Positions 1 through 10,541 of a stretch of 64,000 bases of DNA are shown here, in pieces. The position numbers and the translations under genes were made by a program. The notes under the pieces are model-generated. The model saw only the letters and a program-made list of their open reading frames with translations, made no database searches and was not told the origin of the DNA. This stretch comes from Alphaproteobacteria bacterium (GTDB lineage Bacteria; Pseudomonadota; Alphaproteobacteria; JAAXGF01), in assembly GCA_046758065.1 (NCBI GenBank), contig JBHHZM010000001.1, forward strand, positions 7,822 to 71,821, in the 5' to 3' direction. The number at the start of each line of letters is the position of its first letter. The first letter of the stretch is position 1.

Positions 1-2707
1 CGAGGGCCTGCTCGCCGACGACGCCGACGCACCGCCGGCGGTCTCCGATCTCGCACGCCGGATGCTGCTCGCCCGCCTGATCGCTGAGTGGCCCGGCAGC
101 AGCGCCTTCAGTCGCGTCGAACAGGCGGCGCGTCTCGCCGCCGAACTTGCGCGACTCATCGACCAGGTGCAGACCGAGCGGCTGTCGTTCGACACGCTTG
201 GCGACCTCGTGCCTGAGGACTATGCGACCCACTGGCAGGAGACGCTCGAGTTCCTCGCCATCGTCACCCGGCACTGGCCCGAGATCCTCGCCGAACGGGG
301 GCTGATCGATCCGGCGGCGCGGCGCAACCTGATGATCGAGGCGCTCGCCGCACGCTGGCGCGCCCGCCCGCCCGCCGGACCGGTGATCGCCGCCGGTTCG
401 ACCGGCAGCATACCGGCGACCGCCGAACTGCTGGCGGTGATCGCCCGCCTGCCGGCCGGCGAGGTCGTGCTGCCCGGGCTCGACCGCGAAGCCGACGACG
501 CGACCTGGGAGGCGATCGACGCGAGCCATCCGCAATACGGCCTCAAACGGCTTCTCGACCGCCTCGAAATCGACCGCGACCGGGTCGGCGACTGGTTCGT
601 GACGGGCCTTACCGCGACCCATCCCGGCCGCGCCCGGTTGCTCTCGATCGCCCTGCGCCCGGCCGGGACGACCGATTCCTGGCGCGACGAGCCGCCGCCG
701 CCCGCCGCGGCGTTCACCGGCCTCGAACGCATCGATTGCCCGGGACCGCAGGAAGAGGCCGGGGTGATTGCGCTCAGGCTGCGCGAGGCGCTCGAACACG
801 ACGGCCGGACCGCCGCGCTCGTCACGCGCGACCGCAAGCTCGCCCGCCGTGTCGCCGCCGAACTGCGGCGCTGGGGCATCGGGGTCGACGATTCGGCCGG
901 TCAGCCGCTGGCCGACACGGCGCCCGGAAGTTTCCTCAGGCTCGGCGCTGCGATGGTCGCCGAAAAAGCGGCGCCGCTTGCGCTGCTAGCCGCGCTCAAG
1001 CATCCGCTCGCCGCAGGCGGCGTCAGGGCCGGCGTGTTCCGCGCCCGGGTGCGCGAACTCGAGCGCCGGGTGTTGCGCGGACCGCGGCCCGACCAAGGCT
1101 TCGGAGGAATCGCCCGGGTTCTCGACGAAACCAAGGCGCCCGCCGCGCTGCGGCGCTGGTTCTCCGGTCTCGCCGCCGCCGCAGACGCGTTCGCCACGCT
1201 GATCGCGGCGCCCGATGCGCGCCTGGCCGCGCTCGTCCGCGCCCATCTCGGCTTCGCCGAATGGCTTGCGGCCACCGATCGCGAACCCGGCGCCTCCCGG
1301 CTCTGGTCGGGCGAGGCCGGCGAGGCTGCCGCCGCCTTCTTCGCCGATCTCGTCGAGGACGCGCAAACGCTGCCGCCGTTCGCCGGGCGCGCGTATCCGG
1401 CGCTGCTCGACAGCCTGCTGGAAGGACGCGTGGCGCGGCCCCGTCACGGCCGGCATCCCCGGCTTCACATCTGGGGCCCCCTCGAGGCGCGCCTGCAGCG
1501 CGCCGACCTGATGATCCTCGGCGGTCTCAACGAGGGCAGCTGGCCGCCGGAGGCCCCGGCCGATCCCTGGCTCAGCCGGCCGATGCGCGCCCGCTTCGGT
1601 CTGCCGCCGCCCGAGCGCCGCATCGGCCTCGCCGCCCATGACTTCGTGCAATGCGCCTCGGCCGGACAGGTCGTCCTCACCCGCGCCGAAAAAGTCGATG
1701 GCACGCCCACGGTGCCGTCGCGCTGGCTCGCGCGACTTGATAACCTGCTCGCCGGCTGGCGGCGCGCCGGCCGGATCGTTCCGCGGACGCCGTGGCGCGA
1801 ATGGCAGCTCGCGCTCGATCGGCCGGACGCCGTGGTTCCCTGCGCGCCGCCGGCGCCCAAGCCGCCGCTCGCGGCGCGCCCGCGCCGGCTTTCCGTTACC
1901 GCGATCGAGACCTGGCAGCGCGATCCCTATGCGATCTACGCCCGCCGCATTCTCGGGTTGAAGCCGCTCGATCCGATCGACGCCGATCCCGGCGCCGCCG
2001 AGCGCGGCAGCATCATCCACGACGCGCTCGACAGCTTCGTCCGCGCCCACCCCGGCCGCCTGCCCGACGACGCCCTCGACCGGCTTCTGGCGTGCGGCGA
2101 GACGGCATTCGGCGGCGCGCTCGACCGCCCCGGTGTGCGGGCGTTCTGGTGGCCGCGTTTCGTCCGCATCGCCCGCTGGTTCGTCGAGACCGAACGGCAA
2201 CGGCGCGATGGCCTCGCGGGTCTGTGGACCGAGGTCGAGGGCGAGCGCGCGTTCGAAGGGCCCGGCGGAACGTTTGTCCTGACGGCCAAGGCCGATCGCA
2301 TCGAACGGGACACTGGCGATTGCCTCGCCATCATCGACTACAAGACCGGAACCCTGCCGAGCAAGGGCGATATCGAGCAGGGCTATTCGCCGCAGCTTCC
2401 GCTCGAAGCGGCGATCGCCGCGGCGGGCGGTTTCGCCGGGGTGCCGGCGGGCGGGATCGCGACGCTCTCATATTGGCGGCTGACCGGCGGTGAGCCCGCC
2501 GGAAAGGAATGTCCCCTGACACTCGACGCCATGGCAAGCGCCGAGAACGCCGCCGCCAGACTCGAAGCTCTGATCGCCGCGTTCGACGATCCCGCGACGC
2601 CTTATCATGCGCTTCCCGATCCGGCGAAGGCGCCGCGGTTCAACGACTACGACCATCTCGCCCGCGTTCGGGAATGGGCCGACATCGGCGACGAGGGCGA
2701 GCCGTGA
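1..2707 (+). CDS. addB: Double-strand break repair protein AddB (5' end lies upstream of the window)
   Basis: The reading frame is open from base 2. The C-terminal region carries the PD-(D/E)xK nuclease signature (IIDYKTG). The gene overlaps addA by 4 nt. Confidence 0.85.
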   Translation, partial: EGLLADDADAPPAVSDLARRMLLARLIAEWPGSSAFSRVEQAARLAAELARLIDQVQTERLSFDTLGDLVPEDYATHWQETLEFLAIVTRHWPEILAERGLIDPAARRNLMIEALAARWRARPPAGPVIAAGSTGSIPATAELLAVIARLPAGEVVLPGLDREADDATWEAIDASHPQYGLKRLLDRLEIDRDRVGDWFVTGLTATHPGRARLLSIALRPAGTTDSWRDEPPPPAAAFTGLERIDCPGPQEEAGVIALRLREALEHDGRTAALVTRDRKLARRVAAELRRWGIGVDDSAGQPLADTAPGSFLRLGAAMVAEKAAPLALLAALKHPLAAGGVRAGVFRARVRELERRVLRGPRPDQGFGGIARVLDETKAPAALRRWFSGLAAAADAFATLIAAPDARLAALVRAHLGFAEWLAATDREPGASRLWSGEAGEAAAAFFADLVEDAQTLPPFAGRAYPALLDSLLEGRVARPRHGRHPRLHIWGPLEARLQRADLMILGGLNEGSWPPEAPADPWLSRPMRARFGLPPPERRIGLAAHDFVQCASAGQVVLTRAEKVDGTPTVPSRWLARLDNLLAGWRRAGRIVPRTPWREWQLALDRPDAVVPCAPPAPKPPLAARPRRLSVTAIETWQRDPYAIYARRILGLKPLDPIDADPGAAERGSIIHDALDSFVRAHPGRLPDDALDRLLACGETAFGGALDRPGVRAFWWPRFVRIARWFVETERQRRDGLAGLWTEVEGERAFEGPGGTFVLTAKADRIERDTGDCLAIIDYKTGTLPSKGDIEQGYSPQLPLEAAIAAAGGFAGVPAGGIATLSYWRLTGGEPAGKECPLTLDAMASAENAAARLEALIAAFDDPATPYHALPDPAKAPRFNDYDHLARVREWADIGDEGEP

Positions 2708-5700
2708 GCGCCGCGCAACGCACGCGCCTCCCCCGTCGGCGCATCGACGCGCCGCAGCGCAACGCCGCCGATCCGGGCGGTTCGGTCTGGGTCGCGGCCT
2801 CGGCGGGCACCGGCAAGACCAAGGTGCTCACCGACCGGGTGCTGCGTCTGCTGCTCGACGGCGCGCCGCCCGAGAAGCTTCTCTGTCTCACCTTCACCCG
2901 CGCGGCGGCGGCCGAAATGGCGAATCGCATCAACGCCGAGCTCGGCCGCTGGACGACCGACGACGACCCGGAGCTCGACGCCAATCTCGAAGCGTTGACC
3001 GGAACGCCGCCCGACGACGCCCTGCGCCGCCGTGCCCGCCGCCTGTTCGCCGCCGTGCTCGATGCCCCGGGCGGCCTCAAGATCATGACCATACACGCCT
3101 TTTGTCAGTCTCTCCTGGGGCGCTTTCCGGTCGAGGCGGGCATCGCGCCGCACTTCGACGTGCTCGATGAGCGCGCCGCCGCCGAGCTCATGTACGCCGC
3201 TCAGGAAAGTGTTCTCGGAAGCGCCCGGGCGGGCCGTGACGCCTTGCTCGGCGACGCGCTTGCCGAGGTCGCCGGCCACACCGACGAGGGCTCGTTCCGC
3301 GATCTGCTGGAAAGACTGCGCGGCCTGCGCGGCCGTCTGCGGGCGCTGATCGCCGCCAACCATGGCCTCGACGGGCTGATCGCGGCGACCTTCCGCCTGC
3401 TCGGCGTCGAGGCCGGCGAAACCGTCGACAACGTCCTCCTCGCGGCCTGCGCCGAGGGCGCCTTCAACCGCGAGGCGCTCGGCGCCGCGGTCCATGCGCT
3501 CAAGGGTGGTAGCACCACGGATCGCAAACGCGGCACGCAAATCGCCTGTTGGCTCGCGGCGTCCCGCCACGAACGGCCGGCGTTGTTCGAGGACTACAAG
3601 AAGGCGTTCCTCACCGCCGCCGGCGTCCCCCGCAAGGACTTGATGACCAAGGCGGTGCGCGAAGGCAACCCGGAAGCCTTCGAGGCGTTGCTGGTGGAAC
3701 AGATGGGCCTCGCGCGGGTGATCGAGCGTCGCAACGCCGTTATCGTGGCGCGCGCGACCGCCGCGCTGCTGCGGCTCGGCGGGGCGATGCTCGACGCCTA
3801 CGACCGGCGCAAGCGGGTGATCGCCCGTCTCGACTACGACGATCTGATACTGGGCGCGATGGGGCTGCTCGAACGGCGCGACGCGGCGCCCTGGGTGCTC
3901 TACAAGCTCGACGGCGGTCTCGACCACATCCTGGTCGATGAAGCGCAGGACACCAGCCCCGAACAGTGGCGGGTGATCGCCGCGATTGCCGACGAGTTCT
4001 TCGCCGGCCGCGGGACGCGCGAAACGGCGCGTACGCTGTTCGTCGTCGGCGACGAGAAACAGTCGATCTTCAGTTTCCAGGGCGCCGACCTCGACGAGCT
4101 CGACCGCGTACGCGCTCATTTTCGCGACAAGGCGGCGGCGGAACGACGCTGGCGGGAAGTGCCGCTCGACCGTTCGTTCCGCTCGGTTCCCGCCGTGCTG
4201 CGGGCGGTCGATGCGGTGTTCGCGCTCGCCGGCGCGCGCGACGGCGTCGCCTTCGCCGATCACGCGATCCGCCACAGCGCCGAACGCAAGGGCCATGCCG
4301 GCCGGGTCGAACTGTGGCCGGTGGTGGGCCCCGCCGAGGACGCCGACGACGCCTCGTGGGCGCCGCCGCTCGCGCGCAAGCCGAGCGAGCGGCCGAACGC
4401 GCGCCTCGCCGGGCATATCGCGGCGACCGTCGGGCGCTGGCTCGATGCCGGCGAAATTCTCGAATCGCGCGGCCGGTCGGTGCGCGCCGGCGATATTCTC
4501 GTGCTGGTGCGCACGCGCTCGGCTTTCGTCGGCGAGTTGCTGCGCGCGCTCAAGGCCCGCGGCGTGGCGGTCGCCGGCAGCGACCGCATGGTGCTGGGCG
4601 ATCAGCTCGCGGTCATGGACCTGACGGCGCTCGCCGAGTTCCTGCTGCTGCCCGACGACGATCTGACCCTCGCCTGCGTGCTCAAGGGGCCGCTGATCGG
4701 TCTCGACGAGGACGCGCTGTTCGATCTCGCCTACGGCCGCAAGGGCGGCCTGTGGCGCGAGCTCGTGCGCCGGCGCGACGAACGCGCCGACTTCGCCCGC
4801 GCCCACGACACGCTCGCCGGTCTGCTCGCCCGCGCCGATTTCACCCCGCCCTACGAACTGTTCGCCGATCTGCTCGGCGCCGGCAAGGGGCGGCGGCGGC
4901 TGGTGGCGCGTCTCGGCCCCGACGCCAACGACCCGATCGACGAGTTCCTCGCGCTCGCTCTCGACTACGAACGCGTCGCCCCGCCTTCGCTACAGGGATT
5001 TCTGCACTGGGTGGCGACGGGCGACGACCAGATAAAGCGCGACCTCGATCAGGGCCGCGACGAGGTGCGGGTTATGACCATTCACGGCGCCAAGGGCCTC
5101 GAAGCGCCGATCGTCTTCCTACCCGACACGACGACCGTACCGCGCTCGCAGGGACCGCAGATCCTGTGGCGCGACGCGGCGCCCGAGGCCCTGCTGTGGC
5201 CGGTGCGCACCGGGTACTACGAGACGTGCTGCCGCGCGGCGTCCGACGCCATGCGCGAGCGCGACATGCAGGAGTACCGCCGGTTGCTCTACGTCGCGAT
5301 GACGCGCGCCGCAGATCGCCTTTACGTCTGTGGCTGGCGCGGCAAGCACGAGATGCCCGGCGACTGCTGGTATCGGCTGATCGAGACGGGACTCGCGCCG
5401 GTGGCCGAACCCTTCGCATTCGACGGCGGCGATGGTTGGCGCGGGCAGGGCCTGCAATTGGTCGACCGCCAGACGCGCAAGCTGCCGACGCCGGCCGCGG
5501 CGCGCGCGGCGACGGCGGCGCCCGCGGCACTGCCCGGTTTCGCCCGCGAGGCGCCGGCGCCCGAACCGGCGCCGCCCTGGCCGCTCGCGCCCTCGCGTCC
5601 CGAATCGGCCGAGGCCGCGCCGCTGTCGCCGCTGGCCGCCGGCGACGATGGCGCGCGCTTCCGCCGCGGGCGGCTCATCCACCGGCTTCTCGAGCTGTTG

Positions 5701-6147
5701 CCCGATCTGGCGCCCGAAACACGGGCCGAGGCCTGTCGCCTCTTGCTCGCCCGGCACGGTCACGACCTCGACGACGACGCCCAAGCGGCGGTCGCGGCCG
5801 AAGTGCTTGCCGTTCTCGAAGATTCGCGCTTCGCGGCCCTGTTCGGCCCCGGCAGCCGCGCCGAGGCGCCGCTCGTCGGCGTCATCGGCGACCGGACGGT
5901 CACGGGTCAGGTCGACCGCCTCGTCGTGCTCGACGACGAAGTCATGGTGGTCGACTACAAGTCGAACCGGGAACCGCCCGCGAGCCCGGCCGGGGTCGAT
6001 CCCGCCTATCTCGATCAGATGGCTGCCTACCGCGCGGTTCTCTCCAGGATTTATCCCGACAAGACAATAACTTGCGCTCTTCTCTGGAGCGAGGGACCAA
6101 AGCTGATGGTGCTCGACCCCGCACTGCTCGCAGCGCGGACAACTTGA
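2704..6147 (+). CDS. addA: Double-strand break repair helicase AddA (UvrD/PcrA-like)
   Basis: It has a Walker A motif (AASAGTGKTKVLT), UvrD-family helicase motifs and a C-terminal RecB-type nuclease (VVDYKSN). The start is the GTG at 2704 overlapping the addB stop; an alternative ATG lies at 2677. Confidence 0.9.
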   Translation: MSAAQRTRLPRRRIDAPQRNAADPGGSVWVAASAGTGKTKVLTDRVLRLLLDGAPPEKLLCLTFTRAAAAEMANRINAELGRWTTDDDPELDANLEALTGTPPDDALRRRARRLFAAVLDAPGGLKIMTIHAFCQSLLGRFPVEAGIAPHFDVLDERAAAELMYAAQESVLGSARAGRDALLGDALAEVAGHTDEGSFRDLLERLRGLRGRLRALIAANHGLDGLIAATFRLLGVEAGETVDNVLLAACAEGAFNREALGAAVHALKGGSTTDRKRGTQIACWLAASRHERPALFEDYKKAFLTAAGVPRKDLMTKAVREGNPEAFEALLVEQMGLARVIERRNAVIVARATAALLRLGGAMLDAYDRRKRVIARLDYDDLILGAMGLLERRDAAPWVLYKLDGGLDHILVDEAQDTSPEQWRVIAAIADEFFAGRGTRETARTLFVVGDEKQSIFSFQGADLDELDRVRAHFRDKAAAERRWREVPLDRSFRSVPAVLRAVDAVFALAGARDGVAFADHAIRHSAERKGHAGRVELWPVVGPAEDADDASWAPPLARKPSERPNARLAGHIAATVGRWLDAGEILESRGRSVRAGDILVLVRTRSAFVGELLRALKARGVAVAGSDRMVLGDQLAVMDLTALAEFLLLPDDDLTLACVLKGPLIGLDEDALFDLAYGRKGGLWRELVRRRDERADFARAHDTLAGLLARADFTPPYELFADLLGAGKGRRRLVARLGPDANDPIDEFLALALDYERVAPPSLQGFLHWVATGDDQIKRDLDQGRDEVRVMTIHGAKGLEAPIVFLPDTTTVPRSQGPQILWRDAAPEALLWPVRTGYYETCCRAASDAMRERDMQEYRRLLYVAMTRAADRLYVCGWRGKHEMPGDCWYRLIETGLAPVAEPFAFDGGDGWRGQGLQLVDRQTRKLPTPAAARAATAAPAALPGFAREAPAPEPAPPWPLAPSRPESAEAAPLSPLAAGDDGARFRRGRLIHRLLELLPDLAPETRAEACRLLLARHGHDLDDDAQAAVAAEVLAVLEDSRFAALFGPGSRAEAPLVGVIGDRTVTGQVDRLVVLDDEVMVVDYKSNREPPASPAGVDPAYLDQMAAYRAVLSRIYPDKTITCALLWSEGPKLMVLDPALLAARTT

Positions 6148-6240
6148 CGCCCCCTTACCCCTCACCTAGATTCCGGGGGCGCAATCCACGCGGGGCGGCA
6201 TTCCCGGACCGTCCCGGCAAAGCAATCAGAGGACACCTGT

Positions 6241-6561
6241 ATGAGCATTTCGCACGTCAGCGACGACACCTTCGAACACGAGGTCCTTCAGGCGAGCGGG
6301 CCGGTGCTCGTCGATTTCTGGGCCGAGTGGTGCGGTCCCTGCAAGCAGATCGCCCCGGCGCTCGAGGCGATTGCCGCCGATATGACCGGCAAGGTCGCGG
6401 TCGCCAAGATGAACATCGACGAAAACCCGACGACGCCGACGAAATACGGCGTGCGCGGCATTCCGACCCTGATGGTTTTCAAGGACGGCCAGGTCGCCGC
6501 AACCAAGGTGGGCGCGTTGCCCCGGAACAAGCTGGTCGAGTGGGTCGAATCGGTCATCTGA
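6241..6561 (+). CDS. trxA: Thioredoxin
   Basis: The 106-aa product has the WAEWCGPCK active site. Confidence 0.95.
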   Translation: MSISHVSDDTFEHEVLQASGPVLVDFWAEWCGPCKQIAPALEAIAADMTGKVAVAKMNIDENPTTPTKYGVRGIPTLMVFKDGQVAATKVGALPRNKLVEWVESVI

Positions 6562-6584
6562 CGCCAAACCCTTTACCCCGGGAA

Positions 6585-6610
6585 CCCCGCCGATTCGGCG
6601 GGGTTTTTAT
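6585..6610 (+). terminator. Rho-independent terminator after trxA
   Basis: A GC-rich hairpin (ccccgcc-attc-ggcgggg) is followed by TTTTTAT. Confidence 0.6.
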
Positions 6611-6659
6611 TGAAATCGAGCCAAGTTTCGATCATAATGAACCGATTCGGTAATACGTC

Positions 6660-6693
6660 TTGACAAGGTTACGCCAATTTGGCGTCATATTGC
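6660..6693 (+). promoter_or_regulatory. Putative promoter (TTGACA -35) with an embedded 15-bp perfect palindrome operator
   Basis: TTGACA sits at 6660-6665. The palindrome ACGCCAAtTTGGCGT at 6671-6685 lies between -35 and a TCATAT-like -10 element. The ATG at 6695 follows immediately, suggesting a near-leaderless mRNA. Confidence 0.35.
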
Positions 6694-6694
6694 C

Positions 6695-8293
6695 ATGAAA
6701 CTCAGGGAATATCTCAAGGACGCAGAGCTCTCGCTTACCGAATTCGCCGAAACGGTGGGAGTGAGCGAGCAGTCGATGAGCCGCTACGTCGCCGGCAAGC
6801 GCCTGCCGCGGCCCGAGATCATGCGGCGCATCACCCGGGCGAGCGGCGGACGGGTCGAGGCCAACGACTTCTTCGCCGACGAGACCGCCGGGGACGGGGC
6901 GCCGCCGTTGCCTGCCAACGGTCCGTCGCGCGGTGGTGCGAGGGCCGACGCCGCGGCGGCGTTTCGCGCCGCCCATCCCGACGTCGCCACGGTCGATATG
7001 CTGGTCTGCGACATGTGCGGAATCCTGCGCGGCAAGCGCCTCGCCGCGGACGCGCTCGGCAAGCTGTTCGGCGACGGGGTTCTCATGCCGGGCTCGACCT
7101 TCGCGCTCGACGTCACCGGCAACGATGTCGACGCCACCGGGATCGGTCTGGTCAGCGGCGATCCCGATTTCGTCTGCCGTCCGGTGGCGGAGACGCTCAA
7201 GCCCGTGCCCTGGGCGCGCGGGCCGGCGGGGCAGGTGCTCGCCAGCATGTACACCGATGACGGCAACCCCTATTTTCTCGATCCCCGCCACGTGCTCGCC
7301 GGGGTGTTGCGGCGCTTCGACGAACTGGGCCTGACTCCGGTGGTGGCGATCGAGCTCGAATTCTATCTGCTCGACCGCGAGCGCGACGACGAGGGCCGGC
7401 CGCAGCCGCCGCTCGGCCCCGACGGACGCCGCGCCAGCGCCACCCAGGTCTACGCCATGGACGACCTCGACGATGCCGCGGAGATCCTCGATGACATCGC
7501 CCGGGCCTGTGCGCTCCAGGGCATTCCGGCGAGCGTCGCGATCGCCGAATACGCGCCGAGCCAGTACGAGATCAACCTTCAGCACGAGGCCGACGCGGTC
7601 GCCGCCTGCGATCATGCAGTGCTGCTGAAACGCGCGGTCAAGGGGGTGGCGCGACGGCACGGACTCGACGCGACCTTCATGGCCAAGCCGTTTCCCGAGA
7701 TCGCGGCGAACGGACTCCACATCCACGTCAGCCTGCTCGACCGCGACGGCGCCAACATCTTCGACGACGGCCGCGACGACGGCGACCGCAATCTGTGGCA
7801 CGCGGTCGGCGGCCTCAAGGCGACGATGGGCGAAGCGATGCTCGTGTTCGCGCCGAACGCCAACTCGTTCCGGCGGCTGAGGCCGGGAAACTACGCGCCG
7901 CTCGCCACCGCCTGGGGCTTCAACAACCGCACCGTGGCGCTGCGCGTGCCGGCGGCGCGGGGCAGCAACCGGCGCATCGAACACCGCACGGCGGGCGCCG
8001 ACGCCAACCCCTATCTCGCCGCGGCGGCGGTGCTCGCGGGCATCCACCACGGCCTCGCGCGGGAGATCGATCCCGGCCCGCCGACGCGCGGCAACGCCTA
8101 CGAACAGCACCCGCCGACGCTGCCCTCGAACTGGCTCGACGCGATCCGCGTCCTCGAAGCGGCCGAGATTTTACCCGACTATCTGGGCGCCGATTACCTG
8201 CGCGTCTACGCGGCCTGCAAGCGCCACGAGTATGCCGGGTTCAGCGCCCGCATCACGCCCACCGAGTACGACTGGTACCTGAGGGCGTTGTAG
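6695..8293 (+). CDS. Glutamine synthetase family protein (PuuA/GlnT-like, gamma-glutamyl-amine ligase type) fused to an N-terminal XRE-family helix-turn-helix domain
   Basis: Residues 1-60 look like a Cro/C1 HTH (MKLREYLKDAELSLTEFAETVGVSEQSMSRYVAGKRLP). A low-complexity linker follows. The GS catalytic domain then runs without any stop codon (MLVCDMCGILRGKR...NGLHIHVSLLD...). Confidence 0.8.
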   Translation: MKLREYLKDAELSLTEFAETVGVSEQSMSRYVAGKRLPRPEIMRRITRASGGRVEANDFFADETAGDGAPPLPANGPSRGGARADAAAAFRAAHPDVATVDMLVCDMCGILRGKRLAADALGKLFGDGVLMPGSTFALDVTGNDVDATGIGLVSGDPDFVCRPVAETLKPVPWARGPAGQVLASMYTDDGNPYFLDPRHVLAGVLRRFDELGLTPVVAIELEFYLLDRERDDEGRPQPPLGPDGRRASATQVYAMDDLDDAAEILDDIARACALQGIPASVAIAEYAPSQYEINLQHEADAVAACDHAVLLKRAVKGVARRHGLDATFMAKPFPEIAANGLHIHVSLLDRDGANIFDDGRDDGDRNLWHAVGGLKATMGEAMLVFAPNANSFRRLRPGNYAPLATAWGFNNRTVALRVPAARGSNRRIEHRTAGADANPYLAAAAVLAGIHHGLAREIDPGPPTRGNAYEQHPPTLPSNWLDAIRVLEAAEILPDYLGADYLRVYAACKRHEYAGFSARITPTEYDWYLRAL

Positions 8294-8299
8294 CGCGCC

Positions 8300-9573
8300 T
8301 CAGCCGTTCTCCGCCAGAACCGTGCCGGCGAGATAGATCGAGCCGCAGATCAGGACGCGGGCCGGTTCGGCCGCGCCTTCCGCGAGCGCCCGAAGCGCGG
8401 CGACGACACTTTGGTGCGCGGTTGCCGCGAGCCCCACCGTGCGCGCCGCTGCGGCGACGTCCTCCGCCGCAAAGCTCGCGTTTGCGCCGGGGATGGCGAC
8501 GCATCCGACGACGTGCGCGAGCGGCGCGAGCGGACGCAGGAAGTCCGCCGGATCACGCGTGTTCAGCATGCCGACGACGAGATAGAGCGGGCGGTCGCGC
8601 CAGACCGCGAGGGTCTTGGCGAGCGCCGCGCCGGCGGCGGCGTTGTGGCCCGAATCGAGCCACAGTTCCCAATCGCCGGGCAGGCAAGCGGCGAGCGGTC
8701 CGCGCTCAAGCCGCTGCATTCGCGCCGGCCAGTCGACGCGGCGCAGGCCGGTCGCAATCCGCGCCGCATCGACGCGGAAGTCCGCAAGCGCGTCGAGACC
8801 GGCGATGGCGGTCGCCGCGTTGTCGATCTGATAGGGGCCGGGAAGCGCCGGCAGCGGCAATTCGAGATCGGCGTCGCGGGCGTGGTAGCGCATGCCCCCG
8901 GTGTGCGCCTCGGCGATGAAATCGACGCCGTGACGGGCGAGCGGGCAGGCCAGCGCCGCCGCGCGTCCGGCGAGGACGCGGGCGGCTTCCGGTTCCTGCG
9001 GTCCAAGCACCGCTGCGACGCCGGGTTTTAGAATGCCCGCCTTCTCACCGGCGATGGCGGCGAGCCCTTCACCGAGATACTGGGTATGGTCGATCGAGAC
9101 CGGCGTGATGACCGTGAGCGCCGGGCGGGCGATCACGTTGGTGGCGTCGAGCCGGCCGCCGAGGCCGCTTTCGAGCAGCAGCAGGTCGGCGGGGACGCGC
9201 GCGAAGGCGAGGAACGCGGCCGCCGTGGTGACCTCGAAGAAGGTAATGGGTTCGCCCGCATTGGCGGTCTCGACCTCCGCGAGCAGGTCGGCGAGATCGG
9301 ACTCGGCGACGAGTTCGCCGGCGAGCCGGATGCGCTCGTGAAAGCGCACCAGATGCGGCGAGGTGTAGACATGGACGGCGTAACCCGCCGCCTCGAGCAT
9401 GGCGCGCAGGTAAGCGATGACCGAGCCCTTGCCGTTGGTGCCCGCGACGTGGACGACCGGCGGGAGGCGGCGCTCGGGATGGTCGAGCGCGGCGAGCAGC
9501 CGCTCTATGCGGCCGAGCGAGAGGTCGATGAGCTTGGGGTGGAGCGTCAGCAGGCGCTCGAGCAGAACGTCAC
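8300..9573 (-). CDS. folC: Bifunctional folylpolyglutamate synthase / dihydrofolate synthase
   Basis: A Mur-ligase P-loop (VAGTNGKGS) is encoded near 9430. The GTG start at 9571-9573 overlaps the accD stop (GTGA). Confidence 0.9.
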
Positions 9574-10517
9574 TCTTCAGGGGGCGCTTCCTCGACCTCG
9601 GCGTTCTCGTTCAGCGGCGCGGGAATCTCGAGCCCGGGCTGAGGCAACGCCACGACTTCGGCCACCGGCCCCGGGTTGCGCAGCAGGTCGAGCAGGCGGA
9701 TCAGGGTGTCGCGCAGTTGGTGGCGGTGAACCACCATGTCGACCATGCCGTGCTCGAACAGGTACTCGGCGCGCTGGAAGCCGTCGGGCAGCTTCTCGCG
9801 GATGGTCTCTTCGATCACCCGGGCGCCGGCGAAACCGATGACGGCGCCGGGCTCGGCCAGGGTGATGTCCCCGAGCATGGCGAACGAGGCGGTGACCCCG
9901 CCGGTCGTCGGATTGGTGAGCACGACGATGTAGGGCAGCCCGGCCTCCCTGACCTCGTCGATGGCGATGGTGGTGCGCGCCATCTGCATGAGCGAGAGCA
10001 CGCCCTCCTGCATGCGGGCGCCCCCCGAGGCCGGGAAGATGAGCAGCGGCGCCTCCTGCAGGGTGGCGAGCCGCGCCGCGGCGACGATCGCCTCGCCGAC
10101 CGCAACCCCCATCGAGCCGCCCATGAAATCGAAGGTGAAGGCGACGGCGACCACGCCCATGCCGCCAAGCTTGCCGTGCGCAGCGATGATCGCCTCGCTC
10201 TCGCCGGTGCGTCCCTGGGCCTCCTTGAGGCGATCGCCGTAGCGTTTGCTGTCGCGGAATTTGAGCGGATCGGACGGCACCTTGGGAAGCTCGACATGCT
10301 GGTATTCGCCGTCGTCGAACAGGGCCTTTAGCCGCGTCTTCGCGGCGAGGCGCATATGCCAGTCGCAGTGCTGACAAACATACTGGTTGGGCTCCAGATC
10401 GCGATGGAAGATCATCTGTTCGCAGGACGGACATTTCTCCCACAGGTTGTCGGGGATGTCCGGCTTGCGCACCAGCGCCCGGATCTTGGGGCGAACGAAG
10501 CTGGTCAGCCAGTTCAC
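9570..10517 (-). CDS. accD: Acetyl-CoA carboxylase carboxyltransferase subunit beta
   Basis: It has an N-terminal zinc ribbon (CPSCEQ...CQHCDWH) and a carboxyltransferase domain. Confidence 0.95.
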   Translation of the reverse strand: MNWLTSFVRPKIRALVRKPDIPDNLWEKCPSCEQMIFHRDLEPNQYVCQHCDWHMRLAAKTRLKALFDDGEYQHVELPKVPSDPLKFRDSKRYGDRLKEAQGRTGESEAIIAAHGKLGGMGVVAVAFTFDFMGGSMGVAVGEAIVAAARLATLQEAPLLIFPASGGARMQEGVLSLMQMARTTIAIDEVREAGLPYIVVLTNPTTGGVTASFAMLGDITLAEPGAVIGFAGARVIEETIREKLPDGFQRAEYLFEHGMVDMVVHRHQLRDTLIRLLDLLRNPGPVAEVVALPQPGLEIPAPLNENAEVEEAPPEE

Positions 10518-10541
10518 GGCCGTCGATCCCGCCCGTTCGCC

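Noticed and set aside
2647-8110. Long antisense or off-frame ORFs over addA, trxA and the GS-like gene (719 aa, 895 aa, 492 aa, 348 aa and others)
   Set aside because: They are Arg/Pro/Gly-rich junk translations. The genuine genes are on the other strand or in another frame.
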